Source: a virus. From it: a stretch of 64,000 nt of DNA. The stretch covers positions 112,312-176,311 of IMG/VR virus record IMGVR_UViG_3300007734_000761; one strand, written 5' to 3'. Shown here one piece after another: positions 30,777-39,923 of the stretch. The stretch's first letter is position 1. Every line of letters starts with the position of its first letter. The notes under the pieces were generated by a model. The model saw nothing but the letters and a program-made list of their open reading frames with translations, ran no database searches and was not told where the DNA came from. A program made the position numbers and the translations under genes.

Positions 30777-31367
30777 TTATGATAAATATGTATCAATCTT
30801 AGCTCTTTGGTCAGCAATCCATTGTTTAGTTTCTTTTATTTGTTCTGGAGTTAAACCTCTACCATCCCAACTTTCTACTTCTCCAGTTTCACTCATAACT
30901 TTTTCAAAACCATTAGAAACAAAATCATCAAATTCTTTTTCGGTTTGATCTAAAATGTGTAAATGATTTTTAAAATACATATTCTTCGCGTATTCATCAA
31001 AGATACCGGCCAGTTTCATGTTAGTTTCTTCTTTAGTCACGCACTTTGGACATTTATGCGCAAGCTTATAAATATGTTTTACATACTCACTTTGTCTAGC
31101 TAAAGGTTCACTACATTGAGGACAAGTAAGAGGCATAATATTTGTGTCTTTAAACTTAGCTAACTTACTTACAGTACGTTTTACACCATTTTTAATAGTC
31201 CACGTTTTACCATTTTCATCCCAAACGTCTCCTTCTTGTCTTTTTACTTGAGATTCATAACCTGCCTGAATTGTAGTTCTATCTCCAGTTTTTTTCGTAA
31301 TAATATTACGCATTCGCTGAACTTCACGTTCAGTAAACTGTCTATTTAGTAAAGTTTCTTTACTCAT
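30777..31367 (-). CDS. Zn-finger hypothetical protein
   Basis: CPQC...CPKC. Confidence 0.55.
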   Translation of the reverse strand: MSKETLLNRQFTEREVQRMRNIITKKTGDRTTIQAGYESQVKRQEGDVWDENGKTWTIKNGVKRTVSKLAKFKDTNIMPLTCPQCSEPLARQSEYVKHIYKLAHKCPKCVTKEETNMKLAGIFDEYAKNMYFKNHLHILDQTEKEFDDFVSNGFEKVMSETGEVESWDGRGLTPEQIKETKQWIADQRAKIDTYLS

Positions 31368-33666
31368 ATTTAAATTTATATAACTTTTTTATTGATTCTC
31401 TTGAGTCTTCTGGATTGTTTTTTATTCCTGTTCCACCAGCTTGAATAAACTGACTAACGTTTGAACCCACATCATCAATCAACATATAACCTGGTTTTGC
31501 TTCTGTGTGTTTGTCTTTAGCTTGTTTGTATACTCTTCTGTCTTGAGGAATATTTAAATGTTTGTCTACCCATTCATTTTTTCCCTTTTTAGCATCTCCG
31601 TTTGGATCTAAACCTGGTGATGATAATATCCATACTTCTATACCTTTTTCATCAGCTATTTTCATAACGGCCTTATAAAGTTCTTCTCCACCTGGATTCC
31701 AAGGCATTGTTGACCAAAACTTTACTTTGCCTTTATTAATTATATCCCAAGCTTTATTAGCACCATATTTTCCAATGTATGATTTAAAATCTAAATTTTC
31801 TTTGTTGTATTTTTTAAATTGATCATCAAAACCAGCTAATACTCCATCTAAATCAAAGTAGATTCTTGTAATAGGAGGATTTGTTTCTTTAGATTCATTT
31901 AACATTCCAATATTATAAATGCTAGGATTTTGTTTTCCATAGTCTCTCATTAATATACCGGCAATAGCATTGGCATCATTTTCATGTTCACTACCAGTTT
32001 CGCCTGAATCTGGTTGTAATAAGCCCATTTCGTTTTGTTTAGCATGAACTAACTCATGAGCTAACGTGCGAAGAACATCAACTATATTTCTGTTACTAGG
32101 ATTGACAAATATATGATGTTTTGATGGAACATATGCTCCAAAACTTGGTTGATCTTCACCATATTCATATCTAATTTCAAACGAAGGAGGATTATGAATT
32201 TGAAGTTCGTTGCAAGCATAAGTCATGAATTTTTCAAAAAGTGAATTTTTATCAACAGACTCATTTAAAGATAAAGTTTTATCTATAAAAGAATTTTTTA
32301 GATTATTAAGTTTTTCTAAATAACCTGTGTTTCTTAAATTTTTAAATGCTAAGTTTTCTAATGAATATTCACCATCTTCATCTAATCCTGTTTGTCTAAA
32401 GTTTTTAAGACGTTCTTTAATTTTATTTGTAAGTTCTATCGCTTTTTCAGGATTATTTTTACCTATTTTTTCTAATTTATCTATTTGTTGTTTAAATAAC
32501 TTTGCTTTCTTTTCAATTTCTTCGTCAGGAATATTTATTTCTACAAAAGACGGTTTACGTAACCATTTATCATTCATTAAGCTGTATTCACCTCTATATT
32601 CAGGATGGTCTTTATTATCTTGAATGTAAACTTCAATATTTTGTTTGCCTAATTTTAAATCATGAACCCTATTCCAGTTAACCTTTGCTTCATCAAAGTA
32701 TTTTTTTAACAATTCAGGATTTTCAAATTTGTCAAAATCAACAACAATGTGTAAATCTATGTCAGATGTTGGAGTATAATTATAATTTACACTACTTCCT
32801 GTTAAAAGAATATCTTCAAACGGTTCAGGTATTTCTAATCCTTCCCAAAAATAATTAGCTACTTTTAATAATAACTCTTTTACTTTTGGGTCTACTTTAT
32901 CATCAGTATCAAAAATTAAAGGATTTAATTTATTTTGACTCTTATATTCTAACCAAACCCACTGAGGTTGTTTTTTAGGGTTTGGTTGAGTTCCTTCTTG
33001 TAAACTAGCTGGTTCAGGAAAATTAATTCCTAAAACTCTCTGAATGTCATCTAAGTATCCTTTTTGTATTACTGCTTCAGGAAATAAACTTTTAAAGTAG
33101 TTATATGTAGTATTATAATCGTTTAATGCTTTTTTATCTCCAGGATTATTTTTTACTTGAAGATATCTTTGTCTTAATTCAGCTATTGTAGCTCTAAAGT
33201 CAGTTCCACTAACTCTATCACCATCACTATCTACAAATTGATCATCTACAATTTCTTCTTGAACTCTATCACCAAAAGCCTCTTTTAAACCTTTAAAATA
33301 TTCTAAATCATCTGCTTCTTTACCAGCAGCAGCAACATAAGCTTCTCTATTTAAGTCATCTCCAAACCATCTATAAAGATCTCTAATAGGAGATTTAGTC
33401 TTAGCAATTTCAACTTTAATTTTTGGATTTGGTTGGGCTTTTAAATAAATGTCCCAAATTGCTTTACTTTGTTCTGCTGTAATTCCACCTCTTTTACCGT
33501 GACCTATTAATACATTTACTTGAGTAATATAAGGTTTTGCTGCTAATTGTTGAGCAGCGGCAAGATGACCTTTATGTGGTGGTTTAAAACCTCCAGGATA
33601 CCAACAAATTTCAGGTTTTTTGGCTACTTCTTCTCCTATTAATTTTCCTATTTCTGCTACGTTCAT
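31360..33666 (-). CDS. Four-domain enzyme: HxGH nucleotidyltransferase, Pol-beta-like nucleotidyltransferase, HExxH metalloprotein, HAD 5'(3')-nucleotidase-like
   Basis: PGGFKPPHKGH...VSGT; TGSSVNYNY...SDIDLH; TLAHELVH..Q...E; IYFDLDGVL...LSS...LIDD. Confidence 0.8.
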   Translation of the reverse strand: MNVAEIGKLIGEEVAKKPEICWYPGGFKPPHKGHLAAAQQLAAKPYITQVNVLIGHGKRGGITAEQSKAIWDIYLKAQPNPKIKVEIAKTKSPIRDLYRWFGDDLNREAYVAAAGKEADDLEYFKGLKEAFGDRVQEEIVDDQFVDSDGDRVSGTDFRATIAELRQRYLQVKNNPGDKKALNDYNTTYNYFKSLFPEAVIQKGYLDDIQRVLGINFPEPASLQEGTQPNPKKQPQWVWLEYKSQNKLNPLIFDTDDKVDPKVKELLLKVANYFWEGLEIPEPFEDILLTGSSVNYNYTPTSDIDLHIVVDFDKFENPELLKKYFDEAKVNWNRVHDLKLGKQNIEVYIQDNKDHPEYRGEYSLMNDKWLRKPSFVEINIPDEEIEKKAKLFKQQIDKLEKIGKNNPEKAIELTNKIKERLKNFRQTGLDEDGEYSLENLAFKNLRNTGYLEKLNNLKNSFIDKTLSLNESVDKNSLFEKFMTYACNELQIHNPPSFEIRYEYGEDQPSFGAYVPSKHHIFVNPSNRNIVDVLRTLAHELVHAKQNEMGLLQPDSGETGSEHENDANAIAGILMRDYGKQNPSIYNIGMLNESKETNPPITRIYFDLDGVLAGFDDQFKKYNKENLDFKSYIGKYGANKAWDIINKGKVKFWSTMPWNPGGEELYKAVMKIADEKGIEVWILSSPGLDPNGDAKKGKNEWVDKHLNIPQDRRVYKQAKDKHTEAKPGYMLIDDVGSNVSQFIQAGGTGIKNNPEDSRESIKKLYKFKYE

Positions 33667-34505
33667 GGTTTAGCAAATGTTTTTACTGCTCCTACTGCTT
33701 CTCTATAATTTAGAGGTTTAATAATTTTTAAAAACTTTTCAACAGTTTTAAATTGATCCTTAATATTTTTAACAGCATCACTAAATTTCTTCTCTGCTGC
33801 TTTTTTCTTTTCTTCTTTTGCCTTTAAAGTTTCAGGATCTGGTAAGTCTTTTGATGTTTTTACATCAGAAGGTTGGGGTTTACTGAAACTAGATCTGTAT
33901 TTTTCTGGATCTGTTTGTATTAACTGTTTAAAGTAATCTTCTAATTCACCTGACTTTAGTACTTTTTCAAATTTATTAACATTTGCTTTTTCAGCAGGTG
34001 ATAATTCTGTTTGAACAACTAAATACTCAATACCAGGAATGCTTTTATAGCTACTTATTTGGTTATATACTTTAGCCCAATTATTTAACACAACTTCTTT
34101 AGGTAATTTTCTACTTCTATTAAAATTTCTTAAAAAGCTAACAATAGGACTTCCGTAAAGTGTAATAACCATTACTTTATAACCATTTTGTTGTGCGTTA
34201 CTCACAATTTCTGCTGTTTCTTTAAAATTTTGTCCTGTAGTATCATAAATAAAATTTTGTTTTTTACTAATAGCATCAGGAATAGCCTTAGTTCTTATAA
34301 TAATATTATTTTTACTTATGTTAGGTCTATCAGGATCATCTTCTGGATTAAAAGTATCAGGATTGAATACTCTAAAATCTGAAGGTATATTTCTTACTAA
34401 ATCATTTATTAAAGTTGATTTACCCATTCCTGCTGCTCCTGATAGAATTATTGCTTTTGGTTGTGTGCCAAAAACTTCTAATAACAAAGACTGCAGATTA
34501 ATCAT
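33663..34505 (-). CDS. P-loop kinase (zeta toxin/AAA_33-like) with leader MINLQSLLLE
   Basis: GAAGMGKST, NPD, IYDTTG, RNFNRSR. Confidence 0.7.
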   Translation of the reverse strand: MINLQSLLLEVFGTQPKAIILSGAAGMGKSTLINDLVRNIPSDFRVFNPDTFNPEDDPDRPNISKNNIIIRTKAIPDAISKKQNFIYDTTGQNFKETAEIVSNAQQNGYKVMVITLYGSPIVSFLRNFNRSRKLPKEVVLNNWAKVYNQISSYKSIPGIEYLVVQTELSPAEKANVNKFEKVLKSGELEDYFKQLIQTDPEKYRSSFSKPQPSDVKTSKDLPDPETLKAKEEKKKAAEKKFSDAVKNIKDQFKTVEKFLKIIKPLNYREAVGAVKTFAKP

Positions 34506-34518
34506 ACATATAAATATG

Positions 34519-35301
34519 TTACATTTCTAGTTTTACTGATGTAGGTAATTTTTCAAATAAAGGTTTTTGATCTGGGTTTTCTAATATATAAATGTCGTAA
34601 ATATTTTTAAACATAGTAAAGTAGTCTTCTAATGGTTTTTCAGGTTGAACAATTTCCCAACCATTGCCTTGCAATTTACCTTCTTTACCTTTTCGCTTAC
34701 TACTTTTTAACCATAAAATCCCACTTTCTTCAATTTTTACATCGCTGTGTTCATTCCAAGCATTAGCATAAGCTGATAACTGGAGATTGTGACTAGTATG
34801 TAAACTATTACTTGTTTTAGTATCTAATAACCAAACTTTATCGTTCATTTTTACTACTAAGTCACAAGTTCCAGCATATTTGTGTTCATGACTCAATAAA
34901 TGTATTTCACTAGCTATTAATTCTGGTTTGCAAGTATTCCAAAAATCACTAAATTTCAAAATCATTTTCCAAACTTCTAAACTATAATTAGCTCGTTTGT
35001 TTTCATCTACCCAAACAATTTCTTCACCTTTTAAAAATCTTTCAATAGCATCATGAACTTGAGTTCCTTCTTCACTAGCTCTTCTAACAATAATATCACT
35101 GTTATGACCTACATCTTTCAACCAACTTTCAAAAAATTTATTTTTAGGATAAAAACCTAAAACTGTAGTTACAGAAGGATAATAGTCTCCATTTTCTGTT
35201 TTGTAAAATCGAGAATCTAAAAAGTTAATTTGTTCTCCTTCGTGTTCAACAATCCTTTTTAAATAAGGATGTTTCTCAATGTTGTGGCCTTTTTCTATCA
35301 T
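34519..35301 (-). CDS. PD-(D/E)XK exonuclease
   Basis: YPSVTTVL, GTQVH..IE, AGTCD....LLDTKTS, QLSAY. Confidence 0.85.
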   Translation of the reverse strand: MIEKGHNIEKHPYLKRIVEHEGEQINFLDSRFYKTENGDYYPSVTTVLGFYPKNKFFESWLKDVGHNSDIIVRRASEEGTQVHDAIERFLKGEEIVWVDENKRANYSLEVWKMILKFSDFWNTCKPELIASEIHLLSHEHKYAGTCDLVVKMNDKVWLLDTKTSNSLHTSHNLQLSAYANAWNEHSDVKIEESGILWLKSSKRKGKEGKLQGNGWEIVQPEKPLEDYFTMFKNIYDIYILENPDQKPLFEKLPTSVKLEM

Positions 35302-36224
35302 ATATTCATTTTAAGTAACATAATGTCACTAAAAGTTAGTGGATTAGCATTATGTAATTTTTTTGTAAAAGTTTCAAAACCCATTTCACTTGGATCTTTA
35401 TCATCCATATCAACCCAATATACTTCTTTACCGTAATTCGTTAAGGTAAGCGCGTGATCTAACGCGTCTTTTTTAGCATCGCGATCTAATGCGATATAAA
35501 TAGTTTTTACCGAAGATTCAACGAGTTTCTTCATAAGAGCATTAGAAATACTTTTACCAAAGAGAGGAATAGCGTTACGGCGCACAGAAATAGCATCAAA
35601 TGCTCCTTCAACAAGAATAATCGGCATCTCCCAAGATATGAGTGCCTCAAAACCAATAATCTCATTTTTGTTACATTTGGGTGTATCATACTTTCTACTA
35701 GCATTCGGATCCATAGTTCGAGCCACGAAATAGTTGATACTATAATTGTTATCATAAGAGGGAATAATGATGCTATTAGCATAAGGTCCAGTAGATGCAT
35801 ATCCTATGTTGTATTTTATAAGTTCAGTTTCAGTAATGCCTCGTTTTTTTAAATAAACTTTAGCTCTTCTTGCTTCTAAACTTGTGTCTGCTATTAAGTG
35901 TTTAAAATCTTTAGGTAATTGAACTTCTGTGTGTTCTACTTTTAAGTCTTCTTTAGGACTAACACCTAAAATACTTCTTAATTCAAGAGTTTTTTCTCTA
36001 GGTGTTTTTATTTTTTTAAATAAAGTCGGAAGTTTAAGTCCTTTAACGTTACAAACCCAACAGTGATAAGGATTTTCACCTTTTAAATTAGTTTGTAGTT
36101 TTACTTCTAATTTAGGTTTATGATGGTTACAAAAAGGACAATTAAAGGCATAATTACCACTACTAGACTTTTTGCCTTTACCTAATACGCTTTCAAGACA
36201 GTTTAATAATAGTATGTTATCCAT
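35298..36224 (-). CDS. DNA primase (Zn finger + TOPRIM)
   Basis: CPFC...HCWVC, LVEGAFDA, ALDRD, KDPSE; probable start at 36224. Confidence 0.9.
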   Translation of the reverse strand: MDNILLLNCLESVLGKGKKSSSGNYAFNCPFCNHHKPKLEVKLQTNLKGENPYHCWVCNVKGLKLPTLFKKIKTPREKTLELRSILGVSPKEDLKVEHTEVQLPKDFKHLIADTSLEARRAKVYLKKRGITETELIKYNIGYASTGPYANSIIIPSYDNNYSINYFVARTMDPNASRKYDTPKCNKNEIIGFEALISWEMPIILVEGAFDAISVRRNAIPLFGKSISNALMKKLVESSVKTIYIALDRDAKKDALDHALTLTNYGKEVYWVDMDDKDPSEMGFETFTKKLHNANPLTFSDIMLLKMNI

Positions 36225-36231
36225 TATTAAT

Positions 36232-36260
36232 ACTATAATAAAAAAGGCTTGGAAAACCAA
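36232..36260 (-). promoter_or_regulatory. Promoter TTGGTT-N17-TATAGT overlapping a terminator
   Basis: Same architecture as 24099-24127. Confidence 0.5.
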
Positions 36261-36263
36261 GCC
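36240..36263 (-). terminator. Intrinsic terminator
   Basis: GGCTTGG-TTTT-CCAAGCC followed by TTTTTT on the minus strand. Confidence 0.75.
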
Positions 36264-36293
36264 CTTAATCTTATTTATTTTAATATTTAATGT

Positions 36294-36779
36294 TTATAAA
36301 TCAATTATATGAATTAAACCACTTTTTGGATAAGTATGTTCTTTACCATCATTTTTTTTCATTATAATATTATCTCCATCAATTTTGGTAATTCTACCTA
36401 CTTGTTGTCTAACACTATTCATATCTTTATATGACATTTTAGGTAAAACATTTAAACCTACTTTTAAATCTGCCATTTGGTTTGATTTTGGTTGGTCCAT
36501 TCCAAAGGGTTTTGTTACATCTTTAAGATAAAAGAATGGTATTTTTTCTTCTTTTAATCCTATTTTTTTATCTCCAAAAGCATCATTAATTGCATCCCAA
36601 TCATCATGACTTACAGAAATTTTCTTTTTAGAACCATCTTCAAACTCAACATTATATGATTTGTCACCATTTTGTGTAGCATTTTTAATTGTTTTTCCTT
36701 CACATTTAACTTCACTTAGTTGAGATTGTGGAGTTAATTTGTTTTCAATTAAAAACTTTTTTAAGTCAAAATTATCCAT
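36294..36779 (-). CDS. Hypothetical two-segment protein, probable internal head protein
   Basis: MDNFDLKKFLIE leader; LSE and LKE separate two small beta-rich segments. Confidence 0.5.
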   Translation of the reverse strand: MDNFDLKKFLIENKLTPQSQLSEVKCEGKTIKNATQNGDKSYNVEFEDGSKKKISVSHDDWDAINDAFGDKKIGLKEEKIPFFYLKDVTKPFGMDQPKSNQMADLKVGLNVLPKMSYKDMNSVRQQVGRITKIDGDNIIMKKNDGKEHTYPKSGLIHIIDL

Positions 36780-36790
36780 AGTAATAAATA

Positions 36791-37255
36791 TTATTCAAAG
36801 TCTCTTCGGTAGAATTTTCCTAAAATGTTATCGCAATAACATAGATTATCTTGTAAACAGCCGTTTTCCATTTGGGCTTTTACTTCATAATATGTTAAAA
36901 GTTTTTTATTAGAAACAATGTAAAGTATTTCTCTAGAAAATTCAGTGTCTAATTTACCTTTTTTAAATTCTAAAAAATCTTTACTTGAACCCCAATATTC
37001 TAACCAGTCACTTTCTTTTTGAACTACTTTTGTAGTTGATCTTCTACCAGGGCCAGTTTGTTCTAATATTTCTTTTTTAGTAAGTTTTTTCTTTATGTTG
37101 TGGAAAAGAACTTTTTTACCAACATAATATCGTTTTGTTTCTTTATGGATTATTTTATAAATAAACCCATAAGTGTTTTCAGGAAAATCTGAAAGTTCGT
37201 TGAAATATTTAATATCTCCTTTTTTAAAAGTAAACCACATGCTATGAGCGTTCAT
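36791..37255 (-). CDS. GIY-YIG (Seg-like) nuclease-family protein
   Basis: YGFIYKI......YYVGKK, YWGSS, FSREIL, E, N. Confidence 0.7.
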   Translation of the reverse strand: MNAHSMWFTFKKGDIKYFNELSDFPENTYGFIYKIIHKETKRYYVGKKVLFHNIKKKLTKKEILEQTGPGRRSTTKVVQKESDWLEYWGSSKDFLEFKKGKLDTEFSREILYIVSNKKLLTYYEVKAQMENGCLQDNLCYCDNILGKFYRRDFE

Positions 37256-37256
37256 T

Positions 37257-38213
37257 TTACCAATCTAATTTTACCAAAAATGTCAAGTCTGTTGCGTTTG
37301 AAAGCGGAACAGGTTGTGACATTTTTGCTACGGCCAATAATTGATTTGAGTCATTGTAAAAACCTAATGATCCTACGTAAGGACTGAAATAACTAGCTGT
37401 TGCAAAATCTTTTAATTGATTGTCTGGGTATGTATAGTAAGTGCCTGAGTAATTGTAAGGTATTGTACTAGAAGTAATCCACACAGATGCTGATTCATAA
37501 ATAAATCCGAAAGATCCGGTTGTTAATGTTGGATTATAACTTGTATTGAATTCATAATCTTTTACTCTACAAACCATATTTTGTTCGTAAAGTATATAGC
37601 TATTTTGAAATTGTATATTATTAAAAGAAGCTGACATTTTAGTCAATACTCCTAATCCTTGTTCGTAGAATATATTTCCTACACAACTACTTTGTGAAAC
37701 TATTATTCCTACTGAGCCAGTAAAACTAGATCCTGACCATCTTAAATTATATTCTCCATCATCATAAATAAATCCTCCACCACTTACTGCTGCTTGAAAA
37801 GTTGTAGGAATTATTTTATTAGAATATAATGTATTAGGAATATTAATTGTTTGAATACTACTTGTGTAAAAATTCTTTTCTATTGAATATAAATTTCCTA
37901 ATCTTAAAGCACCACTAACTGCATAATCTGTTGAAGTTAAATTTACTGTGTAATTTACAGTTTGATAATATGAAGATGTAGATAAAGAATTTACTGGGTA
38001 ATATTCAGGGTAGTAATTAACTAATACTGATTTATAAATTAAATTACTATAATTATAATCTAATTTATTTATAGAACTAGTATAACTTCCTGTTTGAAAA
38101 AAGATACCGTATTCTGTAAAATCAGATGCAGTGACAGACCATAACTTATTAGCTTCATAAGGTATAGTAAAGACGTCACTTACATTTAATCTTTTTAATA
38201 CGGTATCAGACAT
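37257..38213 (-). CDS. Baseplate/tail structural protein
   Basis: C-terminal GFYNDSNQLLAVAKMSQP...VKLDW, paralogous to the neighbouring gene. Confidence 0.55.
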   Translation of the reverse strand: MSDTVLKRLNVSDVFTIPYEANKLWSVTASDFTEYGIFFQTGSYTSSINKLDYNYSNLIYKSVLVNYYPEYYPVNSLSTSSYYQTVNYTVNLTSTDYAVSGALRLGNLYSIEKNFYTSSIQTINIPNTLYSNKIIPTTFQAAVSGGGFIYDDGEYNLRWSGSSFTGSVGIIVSQSSCVGNIFYEQGLGVLTKMSASFNNIQFQNSYILYEQNMVCRVKDYEFNTSYNPTLTTGSFGFIYESASVWITSSTIPYNYSGTYYTYPDNQLKDFATASYFSPYVGSLGFYNDSNQLLAVAKMSQPVPLSNATDLTFLVKLDW

Positions 38214-39238
38214 TAATAATCAAGTTTTACTCTAACTAAAGTTTCTTTAGTAAAGTCTTTTTGTAAAGGTTTACTTAATTTAGCAACTGCTAATAACTCA
38301 TTACTGTCATTGTATAAGCCAATAGCAGTAATATAAGTTACAGGACTATAAATTAATTGATTGTAAATTAAGTTTCCATCACTATCAATAATAGTAGGAT
38401 TTGCTGTATAGTTGTATTCAGCATTTTTAGCTCTACAGAAAATAAAATTACTACTTAATACTTCAGCAGCTTGTAAACTAAAAGCTCCACTACTACTAAT
38501 TAACTGGTAAACAGTTCTGTTATTTGGATTATAAAAAGGACTTGGAGGAGTTGTACTAGCAGGAGTTCTATTCCACCCAATTTCCAATCCAGCACTACCT
38601 GTAGGACACTGTAAAGCCATTGGATTTAACATAATAAGACCCATATCTGGGAATACATAACCATAACTTCCTGATACTGTTCCAGCTGAGCTAAATACAC
38701 TTCCTTGACTACCACTTACTAAAGTATAATATTGAGTATTATTAATAAAAGTAGCAGTAGATTGAATTTGACTATTATCTGTTAAAGTAATTTGATTTGA
38801 ACCTGTTTTTAAAGTTAATGTTAAACTTCCTGGATTAAAACTTTGTTTATATCTTCCTCGTGCTACTGTTATTACAATAATATCGTCTGAGCCTGATACT
38901 GTATCAAACATAAACTTGCTGTTTTCATCTCCTAAAATTAAAGCTCTATATTGTCCATATATGTCTTTAGTAGGTGTATAAGTAGGAGCAGCAGCATTAA
39001 AGTAATAACTTCCAGATCCTAAAATATTACCATAAGCAATAGCAAATTGATTTTCTGCTGTATTTAAAGTAGATGCTGTTTGATATACATTTAAGTAAAA
39101 AGCTCCAGTTGAACCCGTTGATTGAGCTGAACTTGTAAAAAATTGGGTTAGAGTATATTGATTGTTGGTCCAAGCAGCTGAAACTACTACTTCGCTACTT
39201 ACTACTTGATCGTCTAACGTTAATACAGAATATGACAT
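38213..39238 (-). CDS. Baseplate/tail structural protein
   Basis: C-terminal IGLYNDSNELLAVAKLSKP...VKLDY (tail-collar-like). Confidence 0.55.
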   Translation of the reverse strand: MSYSVLTLDDQVVSSEVVVSAAWTNNQYTLTQFFTSSAQSTGSTGAFYLNVYQTASTLNTAENQFAIAYGNILGSGSYYFNAAAPTYTPTKDIYGQYRALILGDENSKFMFDTVSGSDDIIVITVARGRYKQSFNPGSLTLTLKTGSNQITLTDNSQIQSTATFINNTQYYTLVSGSQGSVFSSAGTVSGSYGYVFPDMGLIMLNPMALQCPTGSAGLEIGWNRTPASTTPPSPFYNPNNRTVYQLISSSGAFSLQAAEVLSSNFIFCRAKNAEYNYTANPTIIDSDGNLIYNQLIYSPVTYITAIGLYNDSNELLAVAKLSKPLQKDFTKETLVRVKLDY

Positions 39239-39240
39239 TA

Positions 39241-39906
39241 TTATTGTTTTTTATTAACTGTGAATGGAATACTAACTCTTGCTCCTGAATTTCTACCAAC
39301 AAAAGTAATTGTTGTAGTTACAATAGTTGTTCCTGAAGGGAAAATATCGTTTAAACTAGTAGCTGTTAATGTAAATGAAGTTCCAATTTGTGAAATACTT
39401 AAAGGAGCACCAGATGTTGTTGGGGTTGGTGTTAAACTTGGTAAGGCTGTTGTATTAACTCCAGTACCTGTAAAACTTCCTACTAAGTTTTGGTTTGAGA
39501 TTGTTGCTAAATAACCTAAAGGTTCAACACTTTCAATAGTACCTAAATAGTTTAATGTAGTAGGATTAATGACAATTGTAGCTCCTTGTTGTAAACTAAT
39601 ACTTGCTCTACCTCCAATATTCAATACCGGTAATTTAGCAGTACCACGAGGTAAAGTTACTAATTGATATTTCATATCTTGAGTATTATCTACAAAAGCC
39701 TGTAATAAAGGCATAGCTTCAATAGCTTCTCCATAATATGCTGATCCAGAAGGATGATTTGGATTATAAAGTGTATAATCAATTTCATCATCTGATAATG
39801 AAAATTGAGTAATTCTGAATGAACCATCATTGCGAGCTAAAAGCTCTCTGCCTTTTGTTGTTAGAACCGCATCTACGGTTACATATTCATTATTTAAGTA
39901 TGCCAT
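39241..39906 (-). CDS. Baseplate/tail structural protein
   Basis: VLTTKGRELLAR....ITQFSLSD resembles the N-terminus of tail-collar domains. Confidence 0.5.
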   Translation of the reverse strand: MAYLNNEYVTVDAVLTTKGRELLARNDGSFRITQFSLSDDEIDYTLYNPNHPSGSAYYGEAIEAMPLLQAFVDNTQDMKYQLVTLPRGTAKLPVLNIGGRASISLQQGATIVINPTTLNYLGTIESVEPLGYLATISNQNLVGSFTGTGVNTTALPSLTPTPTTSGAPLSISQIGTSFTLTATSLNDIFPSGTTIVTTTITFVGRNSGARVSIPFTVNKKQ

Positions 39907-39923
39907 ATTGTGTTATATAAATA

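Noticed and set aside
33663-34505. Zeta/epsilon toxin-antitoxin pair
   Set aside because: No adjacent antitoxin-like ORF; only generic P-loop kinase motifs, and the leader points to head cargo
36791-37255. Mobile intron/homing element
   Set aside because: Free-standing short GIY-YIG-like ORF with no interrupted host gene or intron structure visible
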